A stretch of 64,000 bases of DNA from a virus (Duplodnaviria > Caudoviricetes), in the IMG/VR virus record IMGVR_UViG_3300006752_000009; one strand, written 5' to 3'. The position numbers and the translations under genes were made by a program. The notes under the pieces are model-generated. The model was not told where the DNA came from and searched no databases. It was given only the letters and a program-made list of their open reading frames with translations. Positions 9,868 through 19,401 of this stretch are shown here, in pieces. The stretch's first letter is position 1; every line of letters begins with the position of its first letter.

Positions 9868-10101
9868 TCATTTGAGGTTTTCTACAAGCACATCACAGGG
9901 GTAAGAGAGTATTCGGTCAGCGTATGACTGAGAGCAACTAACGAAAGGTGCGACTCTAACCTTTTTTCGCTCGTAAGCACATTCGGAGATATACCTGTGT
10001 GCTAGGTCGCATGAGTCTTTCCTTATGCGTTCTAATTTTTCCTCTTTCGTTTCAAACTTACAACCACTAAACAGAATGGTAATAATAAGCAATACTCTCA
10101 T
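9868..10101 (-). CDS. Putative lipoprotein
   Basis: Lipobox-like MRVLLIITILFSGC. Confidence 0.55.
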   Translation of the reverse strand: MRVLLIITILFSGCKFETKEEKLERIRKDSCDLAHRYISECAYERKKVRVAPFVSCSQSYADRILSYPCDVLVENLK

Positions 10102-10124
10102 GTTAAACTCCTCAAGGGACTACA

Positions 10125-11306
10125 ATGTTTTTTAAAAGATTAAAGTCATTAGCTAGATTAAAGAAATCTAGCCTCTGTGTGGGTCTTGATGACCCGAATG
10201 AAGATCAAAGGGTAGAGAGGGTTTGTTCTATTATAAATCAGACTGAACCTTATGTGGTCTGCTATAAGTTAAATCCAGCTTTCTATCATGGTAATGCAGA
10301 ACATATAAAAGCTATTACAGATTACATGAACCAAAAAGGTCTACTGTGGATCTACGATGGGAAGCTCGGAGATGTGCCTCATACAAACACCGAGTATGCT
10401 AAGTATGTTTATGATGTATTAGGGGCGAGTGCGATGACAGCTCACCCTTATTGTGGCTACGATTCACTTACTCATCTCATTCGTAAAGATAAGGGTCTAT
10501 TCGTCTTAGCTAGGACAACCAACCCCTATGCGTATAAGATACAGAGTCGTGTTCAAGATCACCTCTATGATTGGTGTGGTCGATCTAAAGAGATGGGTCT
10601 TGTCGTAGCAGGGAATAAAGAGGCTTTCCTACATGAGATGAGAAAGCACCTTCCTAACACTTGGTTCTTATCACCAGGTATCGGAGCACAAGGAGGGGGG
10701 ATTAGATATGCTGTCCCAAACACTCTGTACTCAATGAGTCGGACGATCCTAAACGCATCTGACCCTGCTGAAGTAGCAAAGGAATACGGTAGACAGTCCT
10801 ACTTTGATTTAGAGATTGAGCTTGAACACCATGAACTCATCAAGAGGGGCGATTTTACTTTAGCGAGTGGTCAGAAATCCAACCTCTACATTGACCTCAA
10901 GGGAGTGAGTGGGATGCCCGAACTATTTGATCGCATCGTACACGAGCTGATTGAGTTATATACCCAACCATATCAGATCGTGGGGATGGCTACAGCAGGT
11001 ATCTCTTTCGCTTCGGTGATGGCTTCACATCTGAAGCAATCTTTTGGGTATGCGAGATCAGAGATTAAGACACATGGAACAGGGAAGATCCTTGAGGGGA
11101 ATATAAACAAAGGACTGCCGATTGTCCTCATTGAAGATGTGGTTTCGACAGGAGGTTCATTGATTAAGGCTATCCTTGCCCTAAGAGAGCAAGGATATGT
11201 CGTTGATCAAGCGATTTCTGTAGTGGATAGGGGTATGGGTGGGTCAGAAGCATTAAAGGCTATAGGGGTTGATTTAAAGAGTCTTCTTAGTATGCCCGAT
11301 GTTTAA
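10125..11306 (+). CDS. pyrF-pyrE: Bifunctional OMP decarboxylase - orotate phosphoribosyltransferase (UMP synthase, PyrF-PyrE order)
   Basis: OMPDC DxKxxD motif YDGKLGDVPHT and PGIGAQGG; OPRT FTLASGQKS, YARSEIKTHGT, PRPP motif VLIEDVVSTGGS. Confidence 0.92.
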   Translation: MFFKRLKSLARLKKSSLCVGLDDPNEDQRVERVCSIINQTEPYVVCYKLNPAFYHGNAEHIKAITDYMNQKGLLWIYDGKLGDVPHTNTEYAKYVYDVLGASAMTAHPYCGYDSLTHLIRKDKGLFVLARTTNPYAYKIQSRVQDHLYDWCGRSKEMGLVVAGNKEAFLHEMRKHLPNTWFLSPGIGAQGGGIRYAVPNTLYSMSRTILNASDPAEVAKEYGRQSYFDLEIELEHHELIKRGDFTLASGQKSNLYIDLKGVSGMPELFDRIVHELIELYTQPYQIVGMATAGISFASVMASHLKQSFGYARSEIKTHGTGKILEGNINKGLPIVLIEDVVSTGGSLIKAILALREQGYVVDQAISVVDRGMGGSEALKAIGVDLKSLLSMPDV

Positions 11307-14300
11307 GTTCGTAATGTAAATACACTGTCGCATCTGAAACGAACTGAATACCATTGGTATTATTATTAGTAAATACAAGAGTTAAGTAAGGGTCTGATGC
11401 ATTTCCGTTTGTCAAAGTAGTATTTATATTAACATTTAATACATGGTCGTTAAAGTGTTGAAAGTTAATAGCATCTGCATCCACGACAGTCAAAGAAACG
11501 CTAAGGCTTAGGTTAGTCCCTAAGTTATTTACCCCATCAATATGTGTTATCCACGAATAAAGTAGGTTTCCATTCCAAACATCTACACCAGAATAGTTCT
11601 CTATAATCGTAGTGTAGCTTTCATCAGTTGAGTGAATATCCAGATCAATCTCTTGTGATGGTATTCCAAACTGAGTCTGTGGGTTTGTAGTTTGAGCCTT
11701 AAAGAACAATGGGAGAAAAGAGATCTCCTTACCAGTCTTTCCTTGTATTTCAATTTTCCCATACCCAAGAGTTTGAATGTTGAGAGAGGTTAGTAAACCG
11801 TCATTATTCAAACCTACAAACCTGTTGTATGTTTCTGGTGAAGAAATGATGGGTGCTGACTTAGAGGCGATTACTATTTCACCTCGACTTTGAGTTCCTC
11901 CGGGATTTGAGAGGATGTTTCCTGCATCTTCTTGCCCATAACCCGACACACCCGATTGTCTGACTTGACCTGTCTTTATGATAACATTCCCACCCGATAT
12001 GGTGTTAGCATTTGGGGATGAGTTAAACTCAAGTTTAGCATCTCCACCTTCTAAGAATAAGTCTGTTCCACCAACAGTTCCAGCTCCTGCCATATTTCCT
12101 GTGGAGAACCTTGTTTCTTTAGGTTGTACTAAGAGTCGTGCAAAAGCTGGGTCAGACACACCAGCAGGGTCAGTAGCGATTCCTGTTCGCAACATCACAG
12201 ATCCTACATCTCCACCTGTCGTGTTTCCTGTAGAGAGCATTAAAGCACCTGTGTTGGTGTTTCCTGTGGAATCTCCTGTGCTTACTAGGATCGGACCTGT
12301 ACCATAACTACCACTTGCAGAGCCACCTGTGGTCATCATTACAAGACCCGAATCACCAGTTGTAGATGATCCACTAGAGATCGCCACCGTACCCGATGAG
12401 CCATCTGTGGACACACCACTTACGACTTGAACAGAACCCGATGTTCCTGTTGAAGTCGTACCTGTTAAGATCTGTACTAAACCAGAGTCGCTACCTGCAT
12501 CTAATGCTGAACCTGTATTGATTAATACATACCCCGAATTTTCATCGTAAGTATTTCCTGTTCTAAGGGTTATATTACCACTCCCTGCTTCGTCAGCGAC
12601 AGTCGCATCGGTTGGGTTTCCCGAACCATCTTCAGCTCCACCTGTGGCTATAACAATCGCACCACTGTCTTTAGTGTTTTTCGGGGTGTACCCTGTCTTG
12701 ATAGAAATCGCACCACTATTTTCTTCTGTTGCATTTCCTGTTTTTAGATCAAGATTTCCACTTACTCCTCCAGTAGCATTACCCGACTTGAGGTAAGCAT
12801 TACCACTAGCTCCACCTGTTGTATTTCCACTATTGAAACCAATCTCACCAGAACCCGAACTAGCATCTGAGTTTCCTGTACTTACATAGATAGGTCCACT
12901 AGCACCTGTAGCCCCTGTACTCTGTCCTGTGTAGATCATTACTTCTCCACTAGATCCAGTGCTTGTATCTGATGTGTAGACCCCAATGTTCCCACTGTTT
13001 CCATTTGTTGGTGCATTTGTGTAAATAGAAATCCCACCTGTCCCTGTAGTCCCTGTACCACTTTTAATCAAAAGACTCCCACTACCTCCACCTGCGTTAT
13101 TCCCTGTTGCTATGGTAATAATGCCACTATTGCCACCATCTGTAGTACCTGTTTGTAAAAATACCTCACCACTTGGTCCAGAGCTTCCACTCACACCTGT
13201 ATTATTTCCTGTATTTAAATAAAGATCGCCCGATTGAGTGTTACTTGTTCCTGTTTTAAGCGTAGCATCACCACTTGCTCCTCCAGTTGCATTACCCGAA
13301 TATAAACTAGCACCACCTGTAGCACCACTTGTCGTAGTGCCAGAGTAGAAATCAAGAACACCCGATGTAGTGTGTCCTTGACCACTATAGATAGAAATCG
13401 CACCACTCGAATAAGTAGCGTTATTGGCTGTGCCTGTGTAGAGGTTAATCACTCCACTATTCCCATTGATAGTTGAGATGCCTGTTCTTATCTCAAGAGC
13501 ACCTGTATTTGCTCCTGCGTTTGAGGAGAATAAATACACAGAACCACTATCTAATGTTGCTGAAGAACCAGACTTTATAAAGACTGACCCACTACTACCT
13601 GTTGACGCTTGCCCCGACTCTAACTTTACAGTTCCACTTGAACCACTACCTTGTGGTAGACCACTCTTTACGGTTACAGCACCACTATTTCCGTCATTAG
13701 GTTCACCACTTTGGATCGTGATAGCACCACTAGTTCCATCCTCTGTAGTTCCCGACCCTATTGTGATAGCACCACTGTTTCCTGTATCTGTATTACCTGT
13801 GAGTATGTTCATCAGTCCAGAGTTGGCACTAGATGTATTCCCAGTGATTAGCTCAATTTTACCCGACTCGTTAGTTCCCCCTTGCCCTGTCTTAACATCG
13901 ACATCCCCTGTGCTTCCTGCGTTTGCAGTTGAGCTTGTGCTACCACTCTCTATGGTTATATCCCCACTTGCTGAACTCGTGTGGTTGTGAGGATTGCCAG
14001 ATTTGATTGTGATTGGACCAGACTCTGTGTTTTGAGCAGAGACATCGCCTGTTTGTATGCTAATCAATCCTGTTGTTGTTGTGCTTGTGCTTGTTGTAAG
14101 GATGTTCTCTTTATCAACTCCCCCTGTTGAAAGGTAAATTCCCCCAAAGGTACTTAAGGGAGGTTCGGTTAAGTTTGATCCCCCAAAGATATAGACATTA
14201 CCTGCATAAAGTCCATCACCAGAGTTGATGGTAACATCTCCACCCATTCTTCCATGACCACTATCTCCTGCTTCAACAGTCACAGATCCCGAATAGGCTC

Positions 14301-14445
14301 CTGTTGTTCCGTTAGAGCCAGAGATTAGAACACCGACTTCTTTCTCATCGACTAGAGATGTGTCGGCAGAGTTCGGCTCAACTTTGATAGCTTTTGCTTT
14401 GTTTTGAGCTTCTATAGTTTTTTGTATCGCAGTAAGTGTAGACAT
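11287..14445 (-). CDS. Gly/Ser/Thr-rich repeat protein, putative tail fibre or surface structural protein
   Basis: 1052 aa with dozens of ~15-aa SGxIxIxTGxxxxxx units. Confidence 0.6.
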   Translation of the reverse strand: MSTLTAIQKTIEAQNKAKAIKVEPNSADTSLVDEKEVGVLISGSNGTTGAYSGSVTVEAGDSGHGRMGGDVTINSGDGLYAGNVYIFGGSNLTEPPLSTFGGIYLSTGGVDKENILTTSTSTTTTGLISIQTGDVSAQNTESGPITIKSGNPHNHTSSASGDITIESGSTSSTANAGSTGDVDVKTGQGGTNESGKIELITGNTSSANSGLMNILTGNTDTGNSGAITIGSGTTEDGTSGAITIQSGEPNDGNSGAVTVKSGLPQGSGSSGTVKLESGQASTGSSGSVFIKSGSSATLDSGSVYLFSSNAGANTGALEIRTGISTINGNSGVINLYTGTANNATYSSGAISIYSGQGHTTSGVLDFYSGTTTSGATGGASLYSGNATGGASGDATLKTGTSNTQSGDLYLNTGNNTGVSGSSGPSGEVFLQTGTTDGGNSGIITIATGNNAGGGSGSLLIKSGTGTTGTGGISIYTNAPTNGNSGNIGVYTSDTSTGSSGEVMIYTGQSTGATGASGPIYVSTGNSDASSGSGEIGFNSGNTTGGASGNAYLKSGNATGGVSGNLDLKTGNATEENSGAISIKTGYTPKNTKDSGAIVIATGGAEDGSGNPTDATVADEAGSGNITLRTGNTYDENSGYVLINTGSALDAGSDSGLVQILTGTTSTGTSGSVQVVSGVSTDGSSGTVAISSGSSTTGDSGLVMMTTGGSASGSYGTGPILVSTGDSTGNTNTGALMLSTGNTTGGDVGSVMLRTGIATDPAGVSDPAFARLLVQPKETRFSTGNMAGAGTVGGTDLFLEGGDAKLEFNSSPNANTISGGNVIIKTGQVRQSGVSGYGQEDAGNILSNPGGTQSRGEIVIASKSAPIISSPETYNRFVGLNNDGLLTSLNIQTLGYGKIEIQGKTGKEISFLPLFFKAQTTNPQTQFGIPSQEIDLDIHSTDESYTTIIENYSGVDVWNGNLLYSWITHIDGVNNLGTNLSLSVSLTVVDADAINFQHFNDHVLNVNINTTLTNGNASDPYLTLVFTNNNTNGIQFVSDATVYLHYELKHRAY

Positions 14446-14496
14446 GATGCGTTCTCCTTAAAGGTGATCTTTACATCATACTACACAATAAAAGAT

Positions 14497-14799
14497 TTAT
14501 GAGAGAACTGCCTCTATGATTTCTTCTGTAACTTGAGACACATTCTTTCTTCTACCTTTTTCGATAAAGACTTTGCGTTTGTTGACTTGGACGACCCACA
14601 CATCTTTTTTGATAGCGTAGCTATAGGAAACTTCAATCAGACCTTTGTTGAGTTGAACCTTAAATGATCTGTTAGAGGATCTTTGGAAAGTATCTCTCTC
14701 TGGTCTATTCTTAAAGAACACCATGATTTCGTGAGAGATAAGGGAGTGGATCTCGCCCAACCCTTCAAGGATATATTCGTTTAGGCTAACATTGTTCAT
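14497..14799 (-). CDS. Hypothetical protein
   Basis: 100-aa ORF abutting neighbours. Confidence 0.5.
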   Translation of the reverse strand: MNNVSLNEYILEGLGEIHSLISHEIMVFFKNRPERDTFQRSSNRSFKVQLNKGLIEVSYSYAIKKDVWVVQVNKRKVFIEKGRRKNVSQVTEEIIEAVLS

Positions 14800-15366
14800 T
14801 TATACACCGTCTATAGGATGCCGAAAGTCGTATTCTTTTAGCATCTCATATTCCATAAAGGCCATGATGATCTTCACGACATCACCATGAGTCCAAGAAA
14901 TGCCCTCATTAGATTCTACAGGGTCTAACTCGGTTTCTTCATCGGGAGGTGGGATGTTGGTGATGATCTTTGCTTTTATTGTTTTCTTGCTTTGAGCGAG
15001 AGCTTTTACTGTTCTGTGAGTGCCATCAATGATCTCACCATCCCATATTAGAATGGGGTATGATAGGTCGGCCTCTAAGCAACGCTCGATATGTTCCGAA
15101 GGGTGTGTTTGACCCCAATACCAATCTTCTTGAAACGAGGCAGGTATTTCCCAATCGACAGGCTCTAAAGACTCAACTTCGAGCCATAACTTCTCTATAT
15201 CCCAAGCGTACCTTATATCTCCAATAACTGTACTGAACTGCTGACCCATATCTTCTTTATATCCTATGAGATCTAATGCTTTGTCTCCATAAATAGTTAC
15301 GGGCTTCGGCATGATTAAAAAGTTGTAAACATATACGCTTATGATACCGAGAAGATATGAGAACAT
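14800..15366 (-). CDS. ParB/Srx-like N-terminal domain protein
   Basis: ADLSYPILIWDGEIIDGTHRTVKA. Confidence 0.65.
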   Translation of the reverse strand: MFSYLLGIISVYVYNFLIMPKPVTIYGDKALDLIGYKEDMGQQFSTVIGDIRYAWDIEKLWLEVESLEPVDWEIPASFQEDWYWGQTHPSEHIERCLEADLSYPILIWDGEIIDGTHRTVKALAQSKKTIKAKIITNIPPPDEETELDPVESNEGISWTHGDVVKIIMAFMEYEMLKEYDFRHPIDGV

Positions 15367-15368
15367 AA

Positions 15369-16802
15369 TCAGACCCTTATTTTGTAGTGTTTGATGAGAT
15401 CTTCCCTAATCTTAGTCACATAAGCATCATCGCAGGTTTCATTGATAAGTGCGTTTCTTAGATTTCTAAGGTACTTAACTACTCTATCGTCCTCGTGATT
15501 TTTACTAAGCTCTTTTAAAAGTGCAGGATGATCCCATTCACCTGTGTATTTCTTGCTCTCTTCATTTGTAAGATAAACGACACATAAGACTCCATAAGGT
15601 GCATTTTTGTCTGAGTAGACTCGCATAACCCTTCTTATGTATGTGTTTTCTTCGTTAGATCTGTCATGCTTGTATCCCTCTCGTTCATCCAATGTCTTTA
15701 GGACTTTTTCAAGGGACTCTACAGGGTACTCAAGCACTAAACCTTGCATAGACCCACCTGGTTTAGTGCCTATGATTAAGTGTCCATGTCTATTTTCGGA
15801 CATGACATTGAAAGACCTAGAGATTGAGTTAATATGACCTTTCCAACTGTTCGTGATCAGATCTTCGTGTTCTGGTTCGCTCATAAGCGTTCCGTAAGCA
15901 AAGACCCTAAATACTTTTTCATTCGGGGGAGGTGCTTCTACCACTTCCTCTTTGACTTCAATCTCTTCAATGACGACTTTGTTTTCCTTGTTCGAGGTGA
16001 CTCGTTTTACTTCGAGCTTGCATCGTGAAGGCTTCTTGAAGTGTTTTTCATACCCAACGAACTCGGAGTCTTGATCGACTAAGTACATAGTCATCGTTCG
16101 TGTTTTTGCATCGAACAGGAACTGATTTGATGTAAACATACCATCTGGTACTTTACGGACAACATTGTTAGGGTTTGGTACATCTTTGAGTCTAAGAGCA
16201 AAGAGCTTTTTGATGATGTCCTCTGATTTCTTGGGTTTGCTTTCAAGGACTCCCATCATGGTTTCATATCGTGTTTCGGAGGACTCACGATCATCACCAG
16301 AGACATATCCTGCATCTGAGTAGTAGATCCCATGATTTGTACGAACAAAGTTCTTTTCAAGGATCTCATCTACTTTAGCATCATGTTTTGAGGTTTGTTC
16401 TATAACGAAAGCGTGTCTCTCGTCCGAGATCATTGTATGTCCTTTAACACCGGTCTTGAGGTGTGTGAGGATATGCAATGCTTGTAGGAGAGAAGTACAT
16501 TCTAAAGCTGATATGATCCGATGGGCATCTTGAGAAAATCGTATTGCTTTAGATTTCTTTTTTGTACCCTCTTTTTCATCTTCGAGAACCATTAGAGCCG
16601 CGTTAGAGACAACAATCCCATGCTCGTTAATGCCTTCGACCCAACCTGTACGCTCATCTTTGAAATACAGGATTTCAACTCCATTGTCAGAGATGATGTG
16701 GTGGACTCGAATGTCGGGGATATAGTTTCTGTCTCTATTTTTAAAGACCCACTTTTTATCGCCAATATGGGTGATAGCGATTACACAGGATTGCTTTATC
16801 AT
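15369..16802 (-). CDS. Ntn-hydrolase (C45/NAAA-like) domain fused to ChaC/GGCT-like gamma-glutamylcyclotransferase domain
   Basis: N-terminal SCVIA...FKNRDRNY...GINEHGI, VRTNHG; C-terminal VFAYGTLM...LDEREGY...YLRNL. Confidence 0.65.
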   Translation of the reverse strand: MIKQSCVIAITHIGDKKWVFKNRDRNYIPDIRVHHIISDNGVEILYFKDERTGWVEGINEHGIVVSNAALMVLEDEKEGTKKKSKAIRFSQDAHRIISALECTSLLQALHILTHLKTGVKGHTMISDERHAFVIEQTSKHDAKVDEILEKNFVRTNHGIYYSDAGYVSGDDRESSETRYETMMGVLESKPKKSEDIIKKLFALRLKDVPNPNNVVRKVPDGMFTSNQFLFDAKTRTMTMYLVDQDSEFVGYEKHFKKPSRCKLEVKRVTSNKENKVVIEEIEVKEEVVEAPPPNEKVFRVFAYGTLMSEPEHEDLITNSWKGHINSISRSFNVMSENRHGHLIIGTKPGGSMQGLVLEYPVESLEKVLKTLDEREGYKHDRSNEENTYIRRVMRVYSDKNAPYGVLCVVYLTNEESKKYTGEWDHPALLKELSKNHEDDRVVKYLRNLRNALINETCDDAYVTKIREDLIKHYKIRV

Positions 16803-16814
16803 AACTAAACCTCT

Positions 16815-18260
16815 TTAGACATGAGCGAGCGAATATGCTCGCCTAAATCTACTATTTTCACGAAGCATTTGATGGATCTGTCGTACAGCCGCTCTCCTAA
16901 AGATCTTCTTGAAGAGTGATTTCCCACCTTCCCATATACTCTTTGCGACCCCTCCTAAGAACTTGAAGCTCCGAGCGAGGTCTTTAAATATAGCAGGGGC
17001 AAGTGCGGCTGCCGAAACACCTAGCTTACGCACAATCTGTGCTGTTGCCTTTGTGTCTGTGAGAATGCAGATCAGTAAGATTACAGCGAGGATTTTAACG
17101 ATCCCTACACCGACTACAGCGAGTCCTGTTTTCATTAACAGGGCAATGGCGGCCGTTTTAAGGATAAACATACCCACATAAACTACGATCAACTTATGGT
17201 CGGGCATATCTTTGAATGTAGACTTATTAAAGTCTTCCCATTTAGTCATCGCCCAATTTTTAAGCGTAATGTCTTTAGGGTTTATACCTAAAGAGTTTCT
17301 TATTTCATCAGTGCCAATACCTGCCACCTCTGAAACTTGGTGTGGAGTTCTAGCAGAGATGAGTTTACCCATCATTTTAAGGGTTGCACTGAAGTTCCCT
17401 GCCTTTTGTAGTCGGTCAGCAATCAAACGCTCATATTCGGTCTTAGGCTTAGTATTTGCGTCTACTAAGGTGTGTAGTTTCTTAGTTAGACCTTTAGCTT
17501 TAAGGACATTTGCAATGAGGGTGAACTCACCTTTATGTAGACCAAAGAGCTTAGTCTTGAAGTTATTGATGATTTCAGAGAAGTAGCTCAAACCGACTTG
17601 GTTTTTGACCTGTGGATCATCGAGTTGATCCATCATATCATCCATTGTTCCAGCATACGCTGTCTTTGAGTCGCTAAGGATCGCAGAGTAAACTCTACGC
17701 ATACGCTCAAACTCTCTAGCGTTCCCTGTGGCTAAGATAGCCCTACGGATCATTTGGTTTTGCTGATGTGCTACTAACACATTATGGATGCTTGCTTGAC
17801 GATTTCTCATGCGAGAACCTTCTTTCTTTTTGGTGTGCTTATTATTCCAAGCCTTCCACTTAGCGTGTTGAGGGCTGGATTTGAGTGAGGGATCATGCCC
17901 CCAATTTTTGAGACTAATCTCCCATTTGGACATACCCGACCCTCCAATTATTTCTCCAGGCTTTCCTCCGAGCATACGAGAGTTGAAGCCATTTTCTTGA
18001 GAAGCATTGTCGAAATCTTGAGCTGACCAATCCTCGAACTTTTTCTCTTTTCGCCTTTTGATACGATGGAATGAGTCATACCCCGACTGTATCCCACCTT
18101 CTTCTTTTGCTTTGCTACGGTTAATAGAAGCTAGAAGTCTGTGGTCATTAACAGCCCATTCGTCAAGTGCCTTCTGACTCATATTAATGAGCTTATGCCA
18201 CTTGTCGTATATCTCTTTTTTTTCCTCGTCCGAGCGAGGTTTTGCGTATCTATAAGGCAT
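16815..18260 (-). CDS. DUF3140-like N-terminal domain plus C-terminal hydrophobic helices; putative virion protein
   Basis: INMSQKALDEW...SGYDS...KWEISLKNWGHDP; RQAS/KTAY internal motifs; class I motif upstream. Confidence 0.55.
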   Translation of the reverse strand: MPYRYAKPRSDEEKKEIYDKWHKLINMSQKALDEWAVNDHRLLASINRSKAKEEGGIQSGYDSFHRIKRRKEKKFEDWSAQDFDNASQENGFNSRMLGGKPGEIIGGSGMSKWEISLKNWGHDPSLKSSPQHAKWKAWNNKHTKKKEGSRMRNRQASIHNVLVAHQQNQMIRRAILATGNAREFERMRRVYSAILSDSKTAYAGTMDDMMDQLDDPQVKNQVGLSYFSEIINNFKTKLFGLHKGEFTLIANVLKAKGLTKKLHTLVDANTKPKTEYERLIADRLQKAGNFSATLKMMGKLISARTPHQVSEVAGIGTDEIRNSLGINPKDITLKNWAMTKWEDFNKSTFKDMPDHKLIVVYVGMFILKTAAIALLMKTGLAVVGVGIVKILAVILLICILTDTKATAQIVRKLGVSAAALAPAIFKDLARSFKFLGGVAKSIWEGGKSLFKKIFRRAAVRQIHQMLRENSRFRRAYSLAHV

Positions 18261-18295
18261 TACGATAACTCCTGTTCTTTCATATAGTTTGGTCT

Positions 18296-18307
18296 ATAAA
18301 TAAACTA
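18296..18307 (-). promoter_or_regulatory. Class I repeated motif TAGTTTATTTAT
   Basis: About 35 nt upstream of the 18260 start; back-to-back with a class II copy. Confidence 0.7.
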
Positions 18308-18320
18308 CAACAGAGTGAGC

Positions 18321-18336
18321 GTAACCCCTTATCTAT
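18321..18336 (+). promoter_or_regulatory. Class II repeated motif GTAACCCCTTATCTAT
   Basis: Repeat copy upstream of the 18387 start. Confidence 0.75.
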
Positions 18337-18386
18337 GGATTAGTGTCGATAAGACTATTCCCCCCACTCTAACAAGGAGAAAAACT

Positions 18387-18881
18387 ATGAGCTTTGCTTT
18401 TAAAACAACAAACAAGAACGCAAAAGGCTACTATCAACAAGCCTATACTGATCGCATCTTTTCGATCAAAGACCTCGTGTCTCACTCTGTTTCAGAAGCA
18501 GGTTATGACCTGCAAACAGAGGGCTTTTATCTAGGTCGTATTGACCTTGATAAAGGTCAAGTGGTCAGTGTTGACTTCGCAGTATCTTCAAGACGAGAGG
18601 GTACAGAAACGAGTGGTGTATCTCTAGGTGGTGGATCAATCGGGAAAGGTATATGGGGCAATCAATGGGTTGTCTCCATGTCATCTTTGACCATGAACGG
18701 TGAGAGACAGCAAGTGAAGCAGTTCTTGTTCACTCAACCGATGTTGAGTCGATACTCCGATAGCTTATCAGACCTTACTGTAAAGCGTAATCATACTAAG
18801 TTGGTTAAAGACCACTTAGAGCGATCAACCACAGACATGATCAGCTTCCTCAAACACTATCTGAAAAGAGTGCAAGGTTAG
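18387..18881 (+). CDS. Hypothetical protein
   Basis: Start reassigned to MSFAFK (AAGGAG SD). Confidence 0.65.
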   Translation: MSFAFKTTNKNAKGYYQQAYTDRIFSIKDLVSHSVSEAGYDLQTEGFYLGRIDLDKGQVVSVDFAVSSRREGTETSGVSLGGGSIGKGIWGNQWVVSMSSLTMNGERQQVKQFLFTQPMLSRYSDSLSDLTVKRNHTKLVKDHLERSTTDMISFLKHYLKRVQG

Positions 18882-18884
18882 AGT

Positions 18885-18900
18885 GTAACCCCTTATCTAT
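18885..18900 (+). promoter_or_regulatory. Class II repeated motif GTAACCCCTTATCTAT
   Basis: Repeat copy upstream of the 18942 start. Confidence 0.75.
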
Positions 18901-18941
18901 AGACCTATGTAATCAACTTCCACTTCGACAAGGAGAACACT

Positions 18942-19169
18942 ATGTCTCGTACACATAATCATCGTAAACCAGCATATGAGGGTGGAGAGCCTAAGTCTTG
19001 GCACTCTCGTTGGTCATCACCTGCTTCACAGTCTGCTAATCGCAGACGAGATCAGAACAAGACTCGCTCTATCTGGAAAGTTGCTCTTGAGCAACTCCCT
19101 ACTGAGGCTTGGGAAGATGGAGTGTCTCTTCGGTTCGGTAGAAGCCACTTTTTAGGTCATATACACTAA
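18942..19169 (+). CDS. Small basic hypothetical protein
   Basis: 75 aa, AAGGAG SD. Confidence 0.6.
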   Translation: MSRTHNHRKPAYEGGEPKSWHSRWSSPASQSANRRRDQNKTRSIWKVALEQLPTEAWEDGVSLRFGRSHFLGHIH

Positions 19170-19190
19170 ATACCTAGAAAGGGGTCAATA

Positions 19191-19397
19191 ATGAAAACCT
19201 GTGATCGCTGTGGAGTCCAAACTAAGACATACACGATGAGTATGTTCAACACGCAGGAGATTTGTCCAGTGTGTAAAGAAGAGGAGCGTAAGCACCCTCG
19301 CTACCAAGAGGCTTGCGAAGCTGACAGGGAAGCCATTGTGCGTGGCGACTATAACTTTAAGGGAATAGGCTGGACAGCCCTACACTCAAGTAAGTAA
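19191..19397 (+). CDS. Small zinc-finger protein
   Basis: CDRC...MSMFNTQEICPVCKEEERKHP...NFKGIG. Confidence 0.65.
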   Translation: MKTCDRCGVQTKTYTMSMFNTQEICPVCKEEERKHPRYQEACEADREAIVRGDYNFKGIGWTALHSSK

Positions 19398-19401
19398 GTA
19401 A

